Origin: a virus
Lineage: Duplodnaviria > Caudoviricetes
IMG/VR virus record: IMGVR_UViG_3300017784_004954
Location: 1 to 25,885 of that record
Reading direction: 5' to 3' (one strand)
DNA: 25,885 nt
Below, piece by piece: positions 1 through 9,445 of the stretch. The notes under the pieces were generated by a model. That model did not search any database and was not told the origin of the DNA. It saw nothing but the letters and a program-made list of their open reading frames with translations. The translations under genes and the position numbers were made by a program. Position 1 is the stretch's first letter. Each line of letters starts with the position of its first letter.

Positions 1-3000
1 CTTTTGCTCAATTTGGTAAAATAGCTGAAATTAAACCTTTCCCTTTAAGAGTAAGAGGGCAGTCTAGGACAGTAGTACACGGACTAGTTATTGATCCTAT
101 AGTATTAAAAAAATATAATGATTATATAACAGGTTTAAATACTGATTTTTTAGTAAGTAACCAGTTAACTAAATACGAAAAAACTATAGAGCAATTAAAA
201 TCTCAAATCAAAATACTTGAAAAGAGAAAGTCTGAAGGTAAATCTGATTATTACGAAATTAATTCTAAAATAGATGCTATTGATGCTAAAATAAAAGCTA
301 TTGAAGCTAAATATAATGATCAGAATCTATTTAAACAAGCTAAATCACAGATAAGTGAAGTAACTCAGAATATCAGAGCTATTAACTTACAGTTAAGTGA
401 AGATATGACTTCTGAGAATGTTATGAAAGCTATGAATATTCTTATGGAATCTGATAATGTTATAAAAGGATGGTTATCTATAGATGAATTTATGGACTAT
501 TCTACAGGAACAGTTGAAAAGAAAACATGGAATTCTATTAAAACATTGCTAACTGAACAAAGAAAAGAATATTTAGATGTACTTAAAAGAGCTTATACTA
601 AATATAACTCAGAGATTTTAAAAAGATCTGATTCTGATAGTCTATTTAGTTCTGTTACAGATATTAGTGGTATGAGTAGAGAAATGCTTGATATAAGTAC
701 AAGTGATGTATCTTTACTTAAATCAGTTCATGAGGCAGTAAACAGGTCAAGACGTGAAAAAGATCAAGAATTAATAAGTGCTGAAAAGCAAATTGAAGAT
801 ATATTTCAAAGACTTGAAACTATAACAGGTAAAAAAGGTTTAGTTGCAAGTGATGTTTTTTTACAAAAAGATAGTAATGGTAAATGGACTGGTGCTTTAG
901 TCAAAGAATTCTTAAATGAATTTTATCAAAAAAGAAATAAATTAAAAGCTGAAGCACAAGAATCAGGAGAATGGGGTGAATACTATGCATTTATTAATGC
1001 TAATACTCATACAATAACTCAGGCTGAATTTGAATCTAAATCTAATAGTGTATTTAATACTGAAGATTATCAAAAACAAACTGATTTACTTGAAAAATAT
1101 GCTAAAAGAGAAAAAGTAGAAAGAGAAAAATTAGAGTCTTTAAAAGAACAGGCTCAACATGAATTAGATGGTAATCAGATTACTCAAGAAGAATATAATA
1201 ATAAAATACTTGAATTAGATAAAAATATTGCTATATGGGTATCTACCAATAGCCCTTATGCTTATTGGGCTGCTAAAAAAGCTAAAAGAAGCACTAAAGG
1301 TATGTATGGTTTTAACTATATATTTAATAAACCTATAAGTAAATGGTTGGATCCTAGCTATAAAAAAATTAAATCTGATCCTAAATTATTTGGTTTATAT
1401 AATGAAATAAAAGATTTTTTCTATCAGAATGATAAAAATGTACCTAATAATTTATATGGTATGTTACCTGAGTTAAGTAAAACTTTTGTTGAAAAGATGA
1501 AAGAAGATGGTACCATGTCTTTATTAAGTTCTACAAGTGATTGGATGAAAAATCTTTATTCTGAAGATATAGCTAACTCTAAAGAATCAGATATACGTAT
1601 TGGTAATAATGTTATAAAGAGTATACCTGTTTCTATGATGGGTAATCATTTAGCTATTGAAGATAAATCAAGGGATTTAAAAGCTATTTTAAAAGCTCAT
1701 ACAGCTACTTCTTTGCACTATAAGCACATGTCTCAGGTACAACCTATAGCATCTGCTGCAGAGCAGTTATTAGCTGAAATTAAGGCTATTAAAAAAGTTG
1801 GAGGTAAGGTTTTAACTGATTCTTCTGGAAACCCAATAGAATTAGTTGGTGGCTTATTAAATGCAAGAGAGCAATTAGGGTATTATATAGATACAGTTAT
1901 TTATAAAAGATCTAAAGTACAAGAAGCTGTAAGTAATAAAAAAACTTATTCTACTAAAGACAAAGAGTTTATAAAAGAACTTGATAAACAATTAAAAGAA
2001 GGAAAGATAACTCAAGAAGAGTATGATATTGCTAATGAAAAATTAGGTCGGAACATAACAGGATCTAAAATAGGAGATACAGTTATAACTTATACTTTCT
2101 TAAAAGCATTAGGTTTAAATGTGGTGTCACCTATAGTAAATGGTACATTTGCTTTTATAAGTAATTTTACACATAGTGCTGGTAAAGTAGATTTTGACAC
2201 ACCTTCTGCTATGAGAGCCTTAAAAGTTATATTAAGTAGTTTAACACAATCTGTTACTTTTGATGCTTTAAAATCAAAAGATGCTGAAAAGCTATATGCT
2301 TTTGCAAGTAAATTAGGTATAATGCATGATGTATCTGAAGGTACTGTAGCTAAAAATCTAGTAGATAAAGTCATGAAAATGCAAAGTAAATCAGAATTTG
2401 CTGGTGTTGCACAGTCTATGACTGCTACTTTAATGTATCAAAAACTTAAAGATAAAAATGGTAAAGATGTATCTGTATGGGATGCATATAAAGTAGTTAA
2501 TGATGAGTTAGTCTGGGATACAGATAAAATGGGTGCTTATATAGAACCTGCTATTAATGAACTTTTCTCTAAAGAAAGAAAAGGTGTTAATATGTATAAA
2601 ATGCATGCCAGAATAACTCAGATGAATAAGTTTTTACATGGTAACTACAGAGACCCTATGATGCTTAAAAAGACTATACTTGGTAGAGCTGTAAGTTTAT
2701 TTAGAACATGGTTACCTATGTCTGTAGCTGAAAGATTTGGTAAAGAATATTTTGATGATTCTTTAGGTAGAATCAAGAAAGGTAGATATAGATCAGTAGC
2801 TACAGCTTTTAATCAAGATGGTCTTATTAAAACTCTTACAAGAGTAGTAAAAGGTCAGTTGTTTCTTAATAACACAGAAGGATTAGAAGATGTAGATGTT
2901 GAAAATATCAGAAAAGTCAATGCTGAATTAAGGTCTATTATGTTCTTATCAGCTATAGCAATTATGTTAAAATCAATTGCTGGAGATGATGATGATGATA

Positions 3001-3305
3001 AAACCTCTTTATATATGGCTCTGAATGTAATTAACAGAACATATGCAGATATAACCTTCTTTACTAACCCTAACTCTGCTAATCAGATCTTTAAGAATGC
3101 TATACCAGCATTTAAAACTATAACTGATTTTACAGATATATTTATAGCTATACCAGGATTAATTGATGGTACAGATACTTATAAAACAGGACATAGAAAA
3201 GGTAAAAGTAAAATGGGTAAAGAAATTATAGAAAATATAATGATAGTAAATCAGTGGGATAAACTTAAGTCCTCTGGTAGTTATTTATATGAAAACATGA
3301 GGTAA
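1..3305 (+). CDS. Large phage protein, 5'-truncated; probable virion/ejection protein of a crAss-like phage
   Basis: The frame of the 405..3305 ORF is open back to position 3 (FAQFGKIAEIKPFPLRVRGQ...), so the gene starts before the window and is >1100 aa. It is helical/coiled-coil rich with a C-terminal GRAVSLFRTWLP..RF..GRYRS segment reminiscent of crAss-like large virion proteins. It lies opposite the replication block. The function is inferred. Confidence 0.6.
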   Translation, partial: FAQFGKIAEIKPFPLRVRGQSRTVVHGLVIDPIVLKKYNDYITGLNTDFLVSNQLTKYEKTIEQLKSQIKILEKRKSEGKSDYYEINSKIDAIDAKIKAIEAKYNDQNLFKQAKSQISEVTQNIRAINLQLSEDMTSENVMKAMNILMESDNVIKGWLSIDEFMDYSTGTVEKKTWNSIKTLLTEQRKEYLDVLKRAYTKYNSEILKRSDSDSLFSSVTDISGMSREMLDISTSDVSLLKSVHEAVNRSRREKDQELISAEKQIEDIFQRLETITGKKGLVASDVFLQKDSNGKWTGALVKEFLNEFYQKRNKLKAEAQESGEWGEYYAFINANTHTITQAEFESKSNSVFNTEDYQKQTDLLEKYAKREKVEREKLESLKEQAQHELDGNQITQEEYNNKILELDKNIAIWVSTNSPYAYWAAKKAKRSTKGMYGFNYIFNKPISKWLDPSYKKIKSDPKLFGLYNEIKDFFYQNDKNVPNNLYGMLPELSKTFVEKMKEDGTMSLLSSTSDWMKNLYSEDIANSKESDIRIGNNVIKSIPVSMMGNHLAIEDKSRDLKAILKAHTATSLHYKHMSQVQPIASAAEQLLAEIKAIKKVGGKVLTDSSGNPIELVGGLLNAREQLGYYIDTVIYKRSKVQEAVSNKKTYSTKDKEFIKELDKQLKEGKITQEEYDIANEKLGRNITGSKIGDTVITYTFLKALGLNVVSPIVNGTFAFISNFTHSAGKVDFDTPSAMRALKVILSSLTQSVTFDALKSKDAEKLYAFASKLGIMHDVSEGTVAKNLVDKVMKMQSKSEFAGVAQSMTATLMYQKLKDKNGKDVSVWDAYKVVNDELVWDTDKMGAYIEPAINELFSKERKGVNMYKMHARITQMNKFLHGNYRDPMMLKKTILGRAVSLFRTWLPMSVAERFGKEYFDDSLGRIKKGRYRSVATAFNQDGLIKTLTRVVKGQLFLNNTEGLEDVDVENIRKVNAELRSIMFLSAIAIMLKSIAGDDDDDKTSLYMALNVINRTYADITFFTNPNSANQIFKNAIPAFKTITDFTDIFIAIPGLIDGTDTYKTGHRKGKSKMGKEIIENIMIVNQWDKLKSSGSYLYENMR

Positions 3306-3326
3306 AGGCCCTATATTAAATTTTTT

Positions 3327-3357
3327 AACTCCTGGCTTAATACACCAGGAGTTTTTT
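3327..3357 (+). terminator. Rho-independent terminator at the convergence point
   Basis: AACTCCTGG-cttaataca-CCAGGAGTT 9-bp perfect stem followed by a T run, about 20 nt after the stop of the large gene. Confidence 0.85.
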
Positions 3358-3364
3358 ATTTAAA

Positions 3365-3772
3365 TTATACAATTTCATCTATAGGTATATCATCAGTAGT
3401 ATCTACTATATTTCTAATATCAATTAGATATAAACACATTTCATGATCTCTATAAGTATTAACAAAATCTTCTTTTACAAGATAAGTGCAACCACTTAAA
3501 TAGTTTTCAAGTTGAGCTTTATAATCTATTACTACATCAATTAATATTAATGGGTGACGCAATCTTCTATATACTTCATTAATAACTTCTCTAAATTCTT
3601 CTTTAGTTAACCAACATAATAAATTATTAATATATTGGAAAGATATAGATTGGCAGTTACCTGTGGGTTCATAAAATATAGCTTGTGTACTCAATTTATT
3701 ACTACCACATAAAGGATTAGTAATTTCTAATGTCCAAAAACCTTGTTTTGGTAATTCTAATTTTATTTCCAT
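3365..3772 (-). CDS. Hypothetical protein (135 aa)
   Basis: ORF with A-rich leader on the operon strand; no motif recognised. Confidence 0.7.
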   Translation of the reverse strand: MEIKLELPKQGFWTLEITNPLCGSNKLSTQAIFYEPTGNCQSISFQYINNLLCWLTKEEFREVINEVYRRLRHPLILIDVVIDYKAQLENYLSGCTYLVKEDFVNTYRDHEMCLYLIDIRNIVDTTDDIPIDEIV

Positions 3773-3788
3773 AGTTTAATTTTATTTT

Positions 3789-3832
3789 ATAGAAAAGGTG
3801 AATAACAGGTTTGGACTCTGCTACTCACCTTT
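3789..3832 (-). terminator. Probable intrinsic terminator / stable hairpin
   Basis: Minus strand AAAGGTGAGTAGCAG-agtccaaac-CTGTTATTCACCTTT forms a 15-bp stem with two G-U pairs, ending in a short U-rich tail. The two wobbles are valid only on the - strand. Confidence 0.55.
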
Positions 3833-3935
3833 AGTTAATCCCCATACGACTGGGTTTCACATATTTTTATTTAATTTATTTATTATTTTGGAACTGGTAG
3901 GCAGATTCCTCCACCTACCAATTAGTTTAATTAAC

Positions 3936-4196
3936 TTATTTTACAATATATGTATTTCGGTTGATTTTAAGCTCTGTTATAGTGTTAGGATTAACTGTTC
4001 TATAACCTCTATTAGTAACAGTCATAGTAATATTACCAAGACTTGTTTGATTCTTACGTGAACCATTCATAGTACGTAATGTACCATTTTTTTTAGTAAA
4101 AGTTACTGTAAATCTACGGCCTTTAGAATTATTAATCAATTCTACTGCTTTTGTCTTTGAAATTCTTGTTGCTGTCATTGTTGTTGTATTTTTCAT
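3936..4196 (-). CDS. WYL_2 / Sm-like SH3 beta-barrel protein (putative nucleic-acid binding)
   Basis: FTVTFTKKNGTLRTMNG and GYRTV motifs typical of this phage family. The likely start is the ATG at 4196 after an A-rich leader; the alternative start is 4274. Confidence 0.65.
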   Translation of the reverse strand: MKNTTTMTATRISKTKAVELINNSKGRRFTVTFTKKNGTLRTMNGSRKNQTSLGNITMTVTNRGYRTVNPNTITELKINRNTYIVK

Positions 4197-4270
4197 TTTT
4201 AATTTATTTTTAATTGCTAATATATGCATAAATCCTATTTGAGTAATTTTATTTAATTGTTTTTGTAAAC

Positions 4271-5059
4271 TCATTTCTTCTCAAATAATTTACTTGGTAT
4301 ACTTGTATATTTACCACAATCTTGACATTGTAATCTTTGCTTTATTAAACCAGATGCTGTTACTGAAGTTCCCCTCTTTTGTAATCTTGTAGAACTACAA
4401 TTAGGACAAGAACATCTATTACCACCTTCTAATACAGCAACATGAGTTTTACTTTTAACATATGGATTTAATCTCTTAAATACTTGTTCTAAAATTAAAA
4501 CATCTTTCTTACAATAATCAATCATTTTAATTAATGATGTTTTATTATTTCTTAAAATAATATCATCCCACAATTTTAATCCACCAGTTTCCATCTTTCC
4601 ACCAAGGCCAAGTAATTTAGCAATATAATCTAACTTATTTGAATTAAATTTAAAATTACCCCTACTTAATTTTAGAGTATCTACTGTTTGATAATCTGGA
4701 AATACATCAATACTATGAAATAAACATCTTGTTCTTAACCATTTTATATCAAAATTATCTCCATTATGACCTATAATTTCATCTGCGCCATTGATAATTT
4801 TAGAAAATTTAATAAGCATTTGCTTATCATCTCCTTTATCCCAATGAAGTTCATGAATTTTAGATTCATCTTCCCACTTGTAACAAATACAAATAATAGC
4901 TCTTTCTTTTATAATATTATCAGGAGATATATTAAGTTCATAACCCACATTCCACGAAGAAACTATGTTATAACTTGTTTCAATATCAAAAAATAATCTT
5001 TTAAATTTAGAACCTTTATTTATATTAAATTTATTTTTACTAAATACTGGTTTATTCAT
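4271..5059 (-). CDS. RNase H-like / DEDDy 3'-5' exonuclease (YprB-like) with C-terminal Zn ribbon
   Basis: Exo I FFDIETS, Exo II HNGDNFD, Exo III YCKKDV; C-terminal CPNC...CQDC. Confidence 0.85.
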   Translation of the reverse strand: MNKPVFSKNKFNINKGSKFKRLFFDIETSYNIVSSWNVGYELNISPDNIIKERAIICICYKWEDESKIHELHWDKGDDKQMLIKFSKIINGADEIIGHNGDNFDIKWLRTRCLFHSIDVFPDYQTVDTLKLSRGNFKFNSNKLDYIAKLLGLGGKMETGGLKLWDDIILRNNKTSLIKMIDYCKKDVLILEQVFKRLNPYVKSKTHVAVLEGGNRCSCPNCSSTRLQKRGTSVTASGLIKQRLQCQDCGKYTSIPSKLFEKK

Positions 5060-5222
5060 TAATAGTTATTATATTTTCTTTTACTTTAAAATTTTCAACA
5101 TCAACTAAAACTTCAACTACTTTAATTATACAATCTTTTATTAAATTATCTATATCTAATGCATTATAATTATTTTCTTCAATTACTTGTTTAATTATTT
5201 CATTGATGTTTATAGTTTTCAT
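5052..5222 (-). CDS. Small hypothetical protein (56 aa; not in ORF track)
   Basis: Manual translation MKTININEIIKQVIEENNYNALDIDNLIKDCIIKVVEVLVDVENFKVKENIITINE*. It fills the gap, has an A-rich leader, and its end overlaps the next start codon. Confidence 0.65.
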   Translation of the reverse strand: MKTININEIIKQVIEENNYNALDIDNLIKDCIIKVVEVLVDVENFKVKENIITINE

Positions 5223-5249
5223 AATTAATTTTTTATAAAATTATTATTT

Positions 5250-6989
5250 TTAAGAACCACAAGTACCGCCTCCATTTATGTCACAAATATCGTGGAATTG
5301 TTCTTTATATTCTTTACCTTCATGAGATTTAGCTTCCTCATAATCTACAACAGTAAGAGGTTGCCCACCTCTTGAACCATCTGGATAACAAGTAAAGCCT
5401 CTTAATAAAGGAGTATATTTAGCTAAAGTCATTGCAAAATCTTTAACTATTGTATCATTATTAAAGTCACTACCCCATTTAGGAATATTAATTGTTGAAC
5501 TAATGCTCATATCTACATATTTTTGTATGTCAGCTTGAAATTTAATTCTTCTTTCATGATCTGTTGATAAAGTAAGTGCTGTTTCTATTAAATTTGGCTC
5601 AATACCATATTTTTGAATAAGTATTTTAGCTGTACCATCAACTACATATTGATAATGCCATTCTTTATTACCTTTTAAATACCTACGTTTATAGGCTACT
5701 GCATATAAGGGTTCTATACCTGTAGTTGTACCAGCTAAAATACCAATACTCCCAGTGGGTGCAATAGCTCTAAAACTAATAGGTATTGATATATTGAGTT
5801 TATTACATAATTCTTTTGCGGACTGTTCAGATTCTTCTTCATAAACTTTTAACCATTCATGTAATTCTGGTGTAACTTCATATTTTGAATTTCTTTTTAA
5901 AAGCCATTCATGAATTCCCATTAAACCTAATCCTAATTTTCTGTTCTTTTTACGAACTTCATGGATTTTTTCATAAGGTAAATGAGCTTCTAAAGTACCA
6001 CAAACTAAAAATTTACTTGATAATCTAACAACTTGTCTAAATTTTTCTATAGTATCAATATTTGCCATATTAATACTACCAAGATTACAAACATCTGAAT
6101 CATCTTCACTAGTTACTTCTGTACATGCATTTCTAAGAGTTTCATTTTCTTTTTCAAAAAAGTTAAAGCTAAAACCTGGCTCACCAGTTTTTAAAGCTTG
6201 TCTACAATTCTCTAAAAATGTTATTGGTATAACTTTTGGTTCAAGTGTTTTACCACTTTTGTAAGTTTCTTTAATAGTTTCTAGGTCTGTCTGAAAGACT
6301 TCTTCTAAAAATTTATTATCATAATTTAAACTTACATTTGTCATATCCAGTGGTGCTGGATAATTAAAGTCTTTTTCTTTTAAATAACCTATGGTGAGGT
6401 TTTTCCCCTCTTCGTCATAAGCCCCTTTTAAGGGAATATTATACCAATCTTTACAATGTAAGAATTCTGCTGCATCTGAATGTTTCCAGTTTAAACTAGC
6501 ATAAATTGCACTTCTTCTGCTTCCACCTTGCTGTATCTCTCTACCCAACTCATTAATCATCCTCATCTTAGATACAGGTCCAGCAGCTAATCCTCCAGTT
6601 CCTTTTATTTTAGAACCCTTAGCTCTATAAACTGAATAATCTATACCTATACCACCACCTGTCATTAAACAAGATTCGGATTTCCAAGATAGGTTAGCCC
6701 AATCCTCTTTTGAGTCTTCTTCAGCTTTTAATAGGTAACAATTATTATAAAATTGGTTTCTTCTACCAGCGTAATATAAATACCTACCACCAGCAATAAA
6801 TTCCATTTTAGTGTGTATATTAATCAGATTTACTATATCTTCTTCAGACATATACTTTTCACATACTGTTCTAATTAGAGTTTCACTGAGTTTATCCCAA
6901 GTTTCAGCACCTTCATGTTTATATTTATGATTAAAAATATCTTCTGAAAATTGTGTTCTAAAATAGGTACTTTTACTGTTTAATTCCAT
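5250..6989 (-). CDS. nrdJ: Ribonucleotide reductase, probably class II (B12-dependent)
   Basis: NNCYLL, GGGIG, GGSRRSA, GEPG, catalytic RNACTE, CNLGSIN, APTGSIG, YPDGSR and a C-terminal Cys pair. Compact, with no ATP cone, no YY dyad and no adjacent small subunit. Confidence 0.85.
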   Translation of the reverse strand: MELNSKSTYFRTQFSEDIFNHKYKHEGAETWDKLSETLIRTVCEKYMSEEDIVNLINIHTKMEFIAGGRYLYYAGRRNQFYNNCYLLKAEEDSKEDWANLSWKSESCLMTGGGIGIDYSVYRAKGSKIKGTGGLAAGPVSKMRMINELGREIQQGGSRRSAIYASLNWKHSDAAEFLHCKDWYNIPLKGAYDEEGKNLTIGYLKEKDFNYPAPLDMTNVSLNYDNKFLEEVFQTDLETIKETYKSGKTLEPKVIPITFLENCRQALKTGEPGFSFNFFEKENETLRNACTEVTSEDDSDVCNLGSINMANIDTIEKFRQVVRLSSKFLVCGTLEAHLPYEKIHEVRKKNRKLGLGLMGIHEWLLKRNSKYEVTPELHEWLKVYEEESEQSAKELCNKLNISIPISFRAIAPTGSIGILAGTTTGIEPLYAVAYKRRYLKGNKEWHYQYVVDGTAKILIQKYGIEPNLIETALTLSTDHERRIKFQADIQKYVDMSISSTINIPKWGSDFNNDTIVKDFAMTLAKYTPLLRGFTCYPDGSRGGQPLTVVDYEEAKSHEGKEYKEQFHDICDINGGGTCGS

Positions 6990-7569
6990 ACAATTCTTCT
7001 ATTGTTTTAAATAATTCTTTCTCTTTATCTGGTGGTTCTAAAATCTCACCATGCTCCATAATAGCATCTAATTCTACACCATAATAATTCGCTATATCCT
7101 TATACTTTTCAGCTGTAGGATTTATAGCATCAAATACCTTAATAATAGGTTTACCTGATAATTTATCTTTTTCTTTTCTACTTGATACCCTACCATAACT
7201 TTCTTCAAGTAATTTCTTGAATTTAGTACTGAATTTGGTAAATTTACCATCTTTAAAATTTGTAAAATCAGCTTCAAATTCTTTGGGTATCTTTAGTTTT
7301 AATATAACCTCCATATTATCATCTGCATAAGATGAATCAATATAGTTGTTATCACAAGTTAAATTATAAATAATCAAAGTTAACTTATCATCATTTATAT
7401 TATCAAAAACAACATAAACATGATTGTCTTTATCAAAATAACTATTAATTAAATAATAGTCTAATGGAGAGTTTTTAAATAAGGGTTGACCATACATTGG
7501 GAGAATAAACCTACTAGTTTTACTTTTTTTCAGATTATTCTCATCCATAAACTCTCTTCTTCTACTCAT
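6973..7569 (-). CDS. Hypothetical phage protein (198 aa)
   Basis: ORF overlapping both neighbours; no catalytic motif recognised. Confidence 0.75.
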   Translation of the reverse strand: MSRRREFMDENNLKKSKTSRFILPMYGQPLFKNSPLDYYLINSYFDKDNHVYVVFDNINDDKLTLIIYNLTCDNNYIDSSYADDNMEVILKLKIPKEFEADFTNFKDGKFTKFSTKFKKLLEESYGRVSSRKEKDKLSGKPIIKVFDAINPTAEKYKDIANYYGVELDAIMEHGEILEPPDKEKELFKTIEELYGIKQ

Positions 7570-8584
7570 ATTTTAACATATCTAATTCTACTACTCCGTG
7601 TTTCTCGTACACTTCTCTGGGGTACTCCCAGAAATCTTTCTCTTTATGCCATAAATAATCCTCAATCAACTGTCTCCAGCCTTTTACTCTTCTATTGGTA
7701 ATCTTGTTAATACCTCCAAATTCTCCTGTTTTTAAATCATCTTCTGTACATTGGTATATTAAAGGTTGGTCTAATTGTAGTTGGCTTATTACAATAAATC
7801 TAAAAGGTAATATTGTATAATCAGGATAAATTATTTTTAACCCGTAACTATAATAAGAAGCCTGTAAATAATACTGATATTTAAGAAAATTTGATGGGAA
7901 TTTTGAAAGATATTCACCTGTTGATTTTAAATCTATTGGTTGAATTACTTTGAGTTTGTGGTTAATTACTAAAATATCTAATAAAGCTTTACCTTCTAAA
8001 TCATCATTTATATGAAATTGTATAGGTTCCTGATATAGTATTTCTACATCTTTATCAGGGTTATTCCAGAACTCCTTTGTAAACTCGTGATTTAAGAGGG
8101 TTTCCTTTGCTTTTAAGACACTTTTGTATACTTCGTATGCAATTACTTTCTTATTTTCTGAAGATATCAGAAATCTCAAATATCTGAGCCCCTCTGTTAA
8201 TAATCTGTCAACCACTTTGGGTTGTGAGTCTCTTTTAAAGCCAACTATATTATAAGAGTCTTTAATCAGGTATTCATCAAGTATGGGTATATCAATATCC
8301 CAATTGATTTTCACGTCATTTTTCTTATGTTGCCTATATAGCTCATCAATAAAATCACCTAATTGTCCAGTAGGTTTATCTTCGCTACTAGTTAATATCA
8401 GATATTCTTCATAAAATTTTTCTTCATTTTGAGTTAAAAGTATGTCAAGAACATCCCCAAAGGTAATTCCCTTATTGTTAATTTCACTGTTATCAAGACA
8501 GGATTTAGGGTTTTTTGATACTTTACTGAGTTTACTGTAACTTATTGCTGGGTACTCTCTGTAATTTTCATTTGTTATTAACAT
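7562..8584 (-). CDS. PD-(D/E)XK exonuclease (RecE/exonuclease VIII-like)
   Basis: ISYSKL N-terminus, QE...KALLD...PIDLKST catalytic motif, YYLQASYY (QxxxY). Confidence 0.8.
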   Translation of the reverse strand: MLITNENYREYPAISYSKLSKVSKNPKSCLDNSEINNKGITFGDVLDILLTQNEEKFYEEYLILTSSEDKPTGQLGDFIDELYRQHKKNDVKINWDIDIPILDEYLIKDSYNIVGFKRDSQPKVVDRLLTEGLRYLRFLISSENKKVIAYEVYKSVLKAKETLLNHEFTKEFWNNPDKDVEILYQEPIQFHINDDLEGKALLDILVINHKLKVIQPIDLKSTGEYLSKFPSNFLKYQYYLQASYYSYGLKIIYPDYTILPFRFIVISQLQLDQPLIYQCTEDDLKTGEFGGINKITNRRVKGWRQLIEDYLWHKEKDFWEYPREVYEKHGVVELDMLKYE

Positions 8585-8729
8585 AATTTTTCTTCAAGTT
8601 CTTTTTCATTTATTTTAAGTATTTGAGTTACACATTCGTTTATCTGAGTTTTGTTTTTAACAAGAAAAAGCCTCTTAGTACAATCTTGTGTAGCTAAGAG
8701 GCGTTTGAACATTTTCCATTTTAACGGAA
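8578..8729 (-). CDS. Exon 2 of intron-split DUF1064-type endonuclease
   Basis: Reads (T)TT CCG TTA AAA TGG = F-PLKWKMFKRLLATQDCTKRLFLVKNKTQINECVTQILKINEKELEEKLC*, the expected continuation after ECKGFANDA. Its end overlaps the ATG at 8584. Confidence 0.85.
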
Positions 8730-9445
8730 CATTTTGTTACTTTAACATTACTGTTAAGGTTAAATCATTTCTGTTTAACTCTATAGTTTTATATATAGCT
8801 ATAGTTCAGACTTTACCACTCTCCTATATTACTATAGGACACCTATTGGAAGTCGTTGCAGGCTTTTATAAATTATTATTTAGAGTTTAAAGTGCTTTCC
8901 ATTCTGACCATGTAAAACCATATTCATTATGAGTTGTTTTATTACAGATTTCTGTAAATGATCCTTCTTCAACGTAAAATACTCTTTTATTAATTGTATC
9001 GCAATATGAAGTTCTGAAAGTATCTATTACTTCTTCATTTAGTTGATTCTGCGGAAACAAATCAATAACTATATCTTTTATAATTTTAAAAGTACATTTA
9101 GGGTAGTAGTATTTACAAATTCTATAAACATCTCCCATAGATCTTCTTTTTGCGTGTTCTGTTTGAGTTTCTCCTGATTCAACATAAATTGTTTCTTTTT
9201 CGCTATTCCATTCTGTAAAAAATTTAATTAAAAATTCTCTTATAGTTTCTTTTCTTTTTCTAAGAAGACCTCTAATTCTAATAGGTTCTTTAAGGTTTAG
9301 TTGTGATTGTATTTCAAGTAGTGTCATTTTTTGATTATAATAATTTATAATTATCCCTCAGTATTACGTTGGTTCTATATTCAACGCTTCCACTGATATT
9401 CTAAGTTATTCAAAGTATATTACTATACTAGGGCGCTTCTAATTT
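8730..9445 (-). mobile_element. Group I self-splicing intron (IA-like), 716 nt, with ORF in L6
   Basis: Exon 1 ends in U (9446) and the intron ends in G (8730). P1 GCGU/GCGC has the U-G wobble at the splice site. P2 AGTATA-GTAA-TATACT; P3 ACTTA/TAGGT; P4 TCAGT/ACTGA; P5 CGTTG/CAACG; P6a 14-bp stem; P7 GACTT/AAGTC within GCAACGACTT and AAAGTCTGAAC; P8 TCCTATA-GTAA-TATAGGA; several P9 hairpins. Splicing restores the reading frame. Confidence 0.92.
8887..9327 (-). CDS. Intron-encoded protein of unrecognised family (146 aa); candidate homing endonuclease or maturase
   Basis: Intact ORF looped out by P6a (9337-9350 pairs with 8866-8879). No GIY-YIG, HNH, LAGLIDADG, EDxHD or clear PD-(D/E)XK motif seen. 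Confidence 0.75.
   Translation of the reverse strand: MTLLEIQSQLNLKEPIRIRGLLRKRKETIREFLIKFFTEWNSEKETIYVESGETQTEHAKRRSMGDVYRICKYYYPKCTFKIIKDIVIDLFPQNQLNEEVIDTFRTSYCDTINKRVFYVEEGSFTEICNKTTHNEYGFTWSEWKAL

Noticed and set aside
2090-2374. - strand 94-aa ORF
   Set aside because: Antisense shadow inside the large + strand gene.
3889-3960. tRNA gene suggested by a stem ending in CCA
   Set aside because: No TTCRA T-loop, D arm or anticodon arm; it is a single hairpin.
4215-4224. Bacteroidota -7 promoter-like TATATTAGCA upstream of the WYL_2-like gene
   Set aside because: One mismatch to TAnnTTTG and no TTTG -33 element at the right spacing; too weak in AT-rich DNA.
5250-6989. Intein or intron in the RNR (also checked polA and helicase)
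   Set aside because: Proteins are compact, motifs are continuous, and no intein splice-junction motifs were seen.
8651-8890. + strand 79-aa ORF
   Set aside because: Antisense to the intron core and exon 2; shadow ORF.
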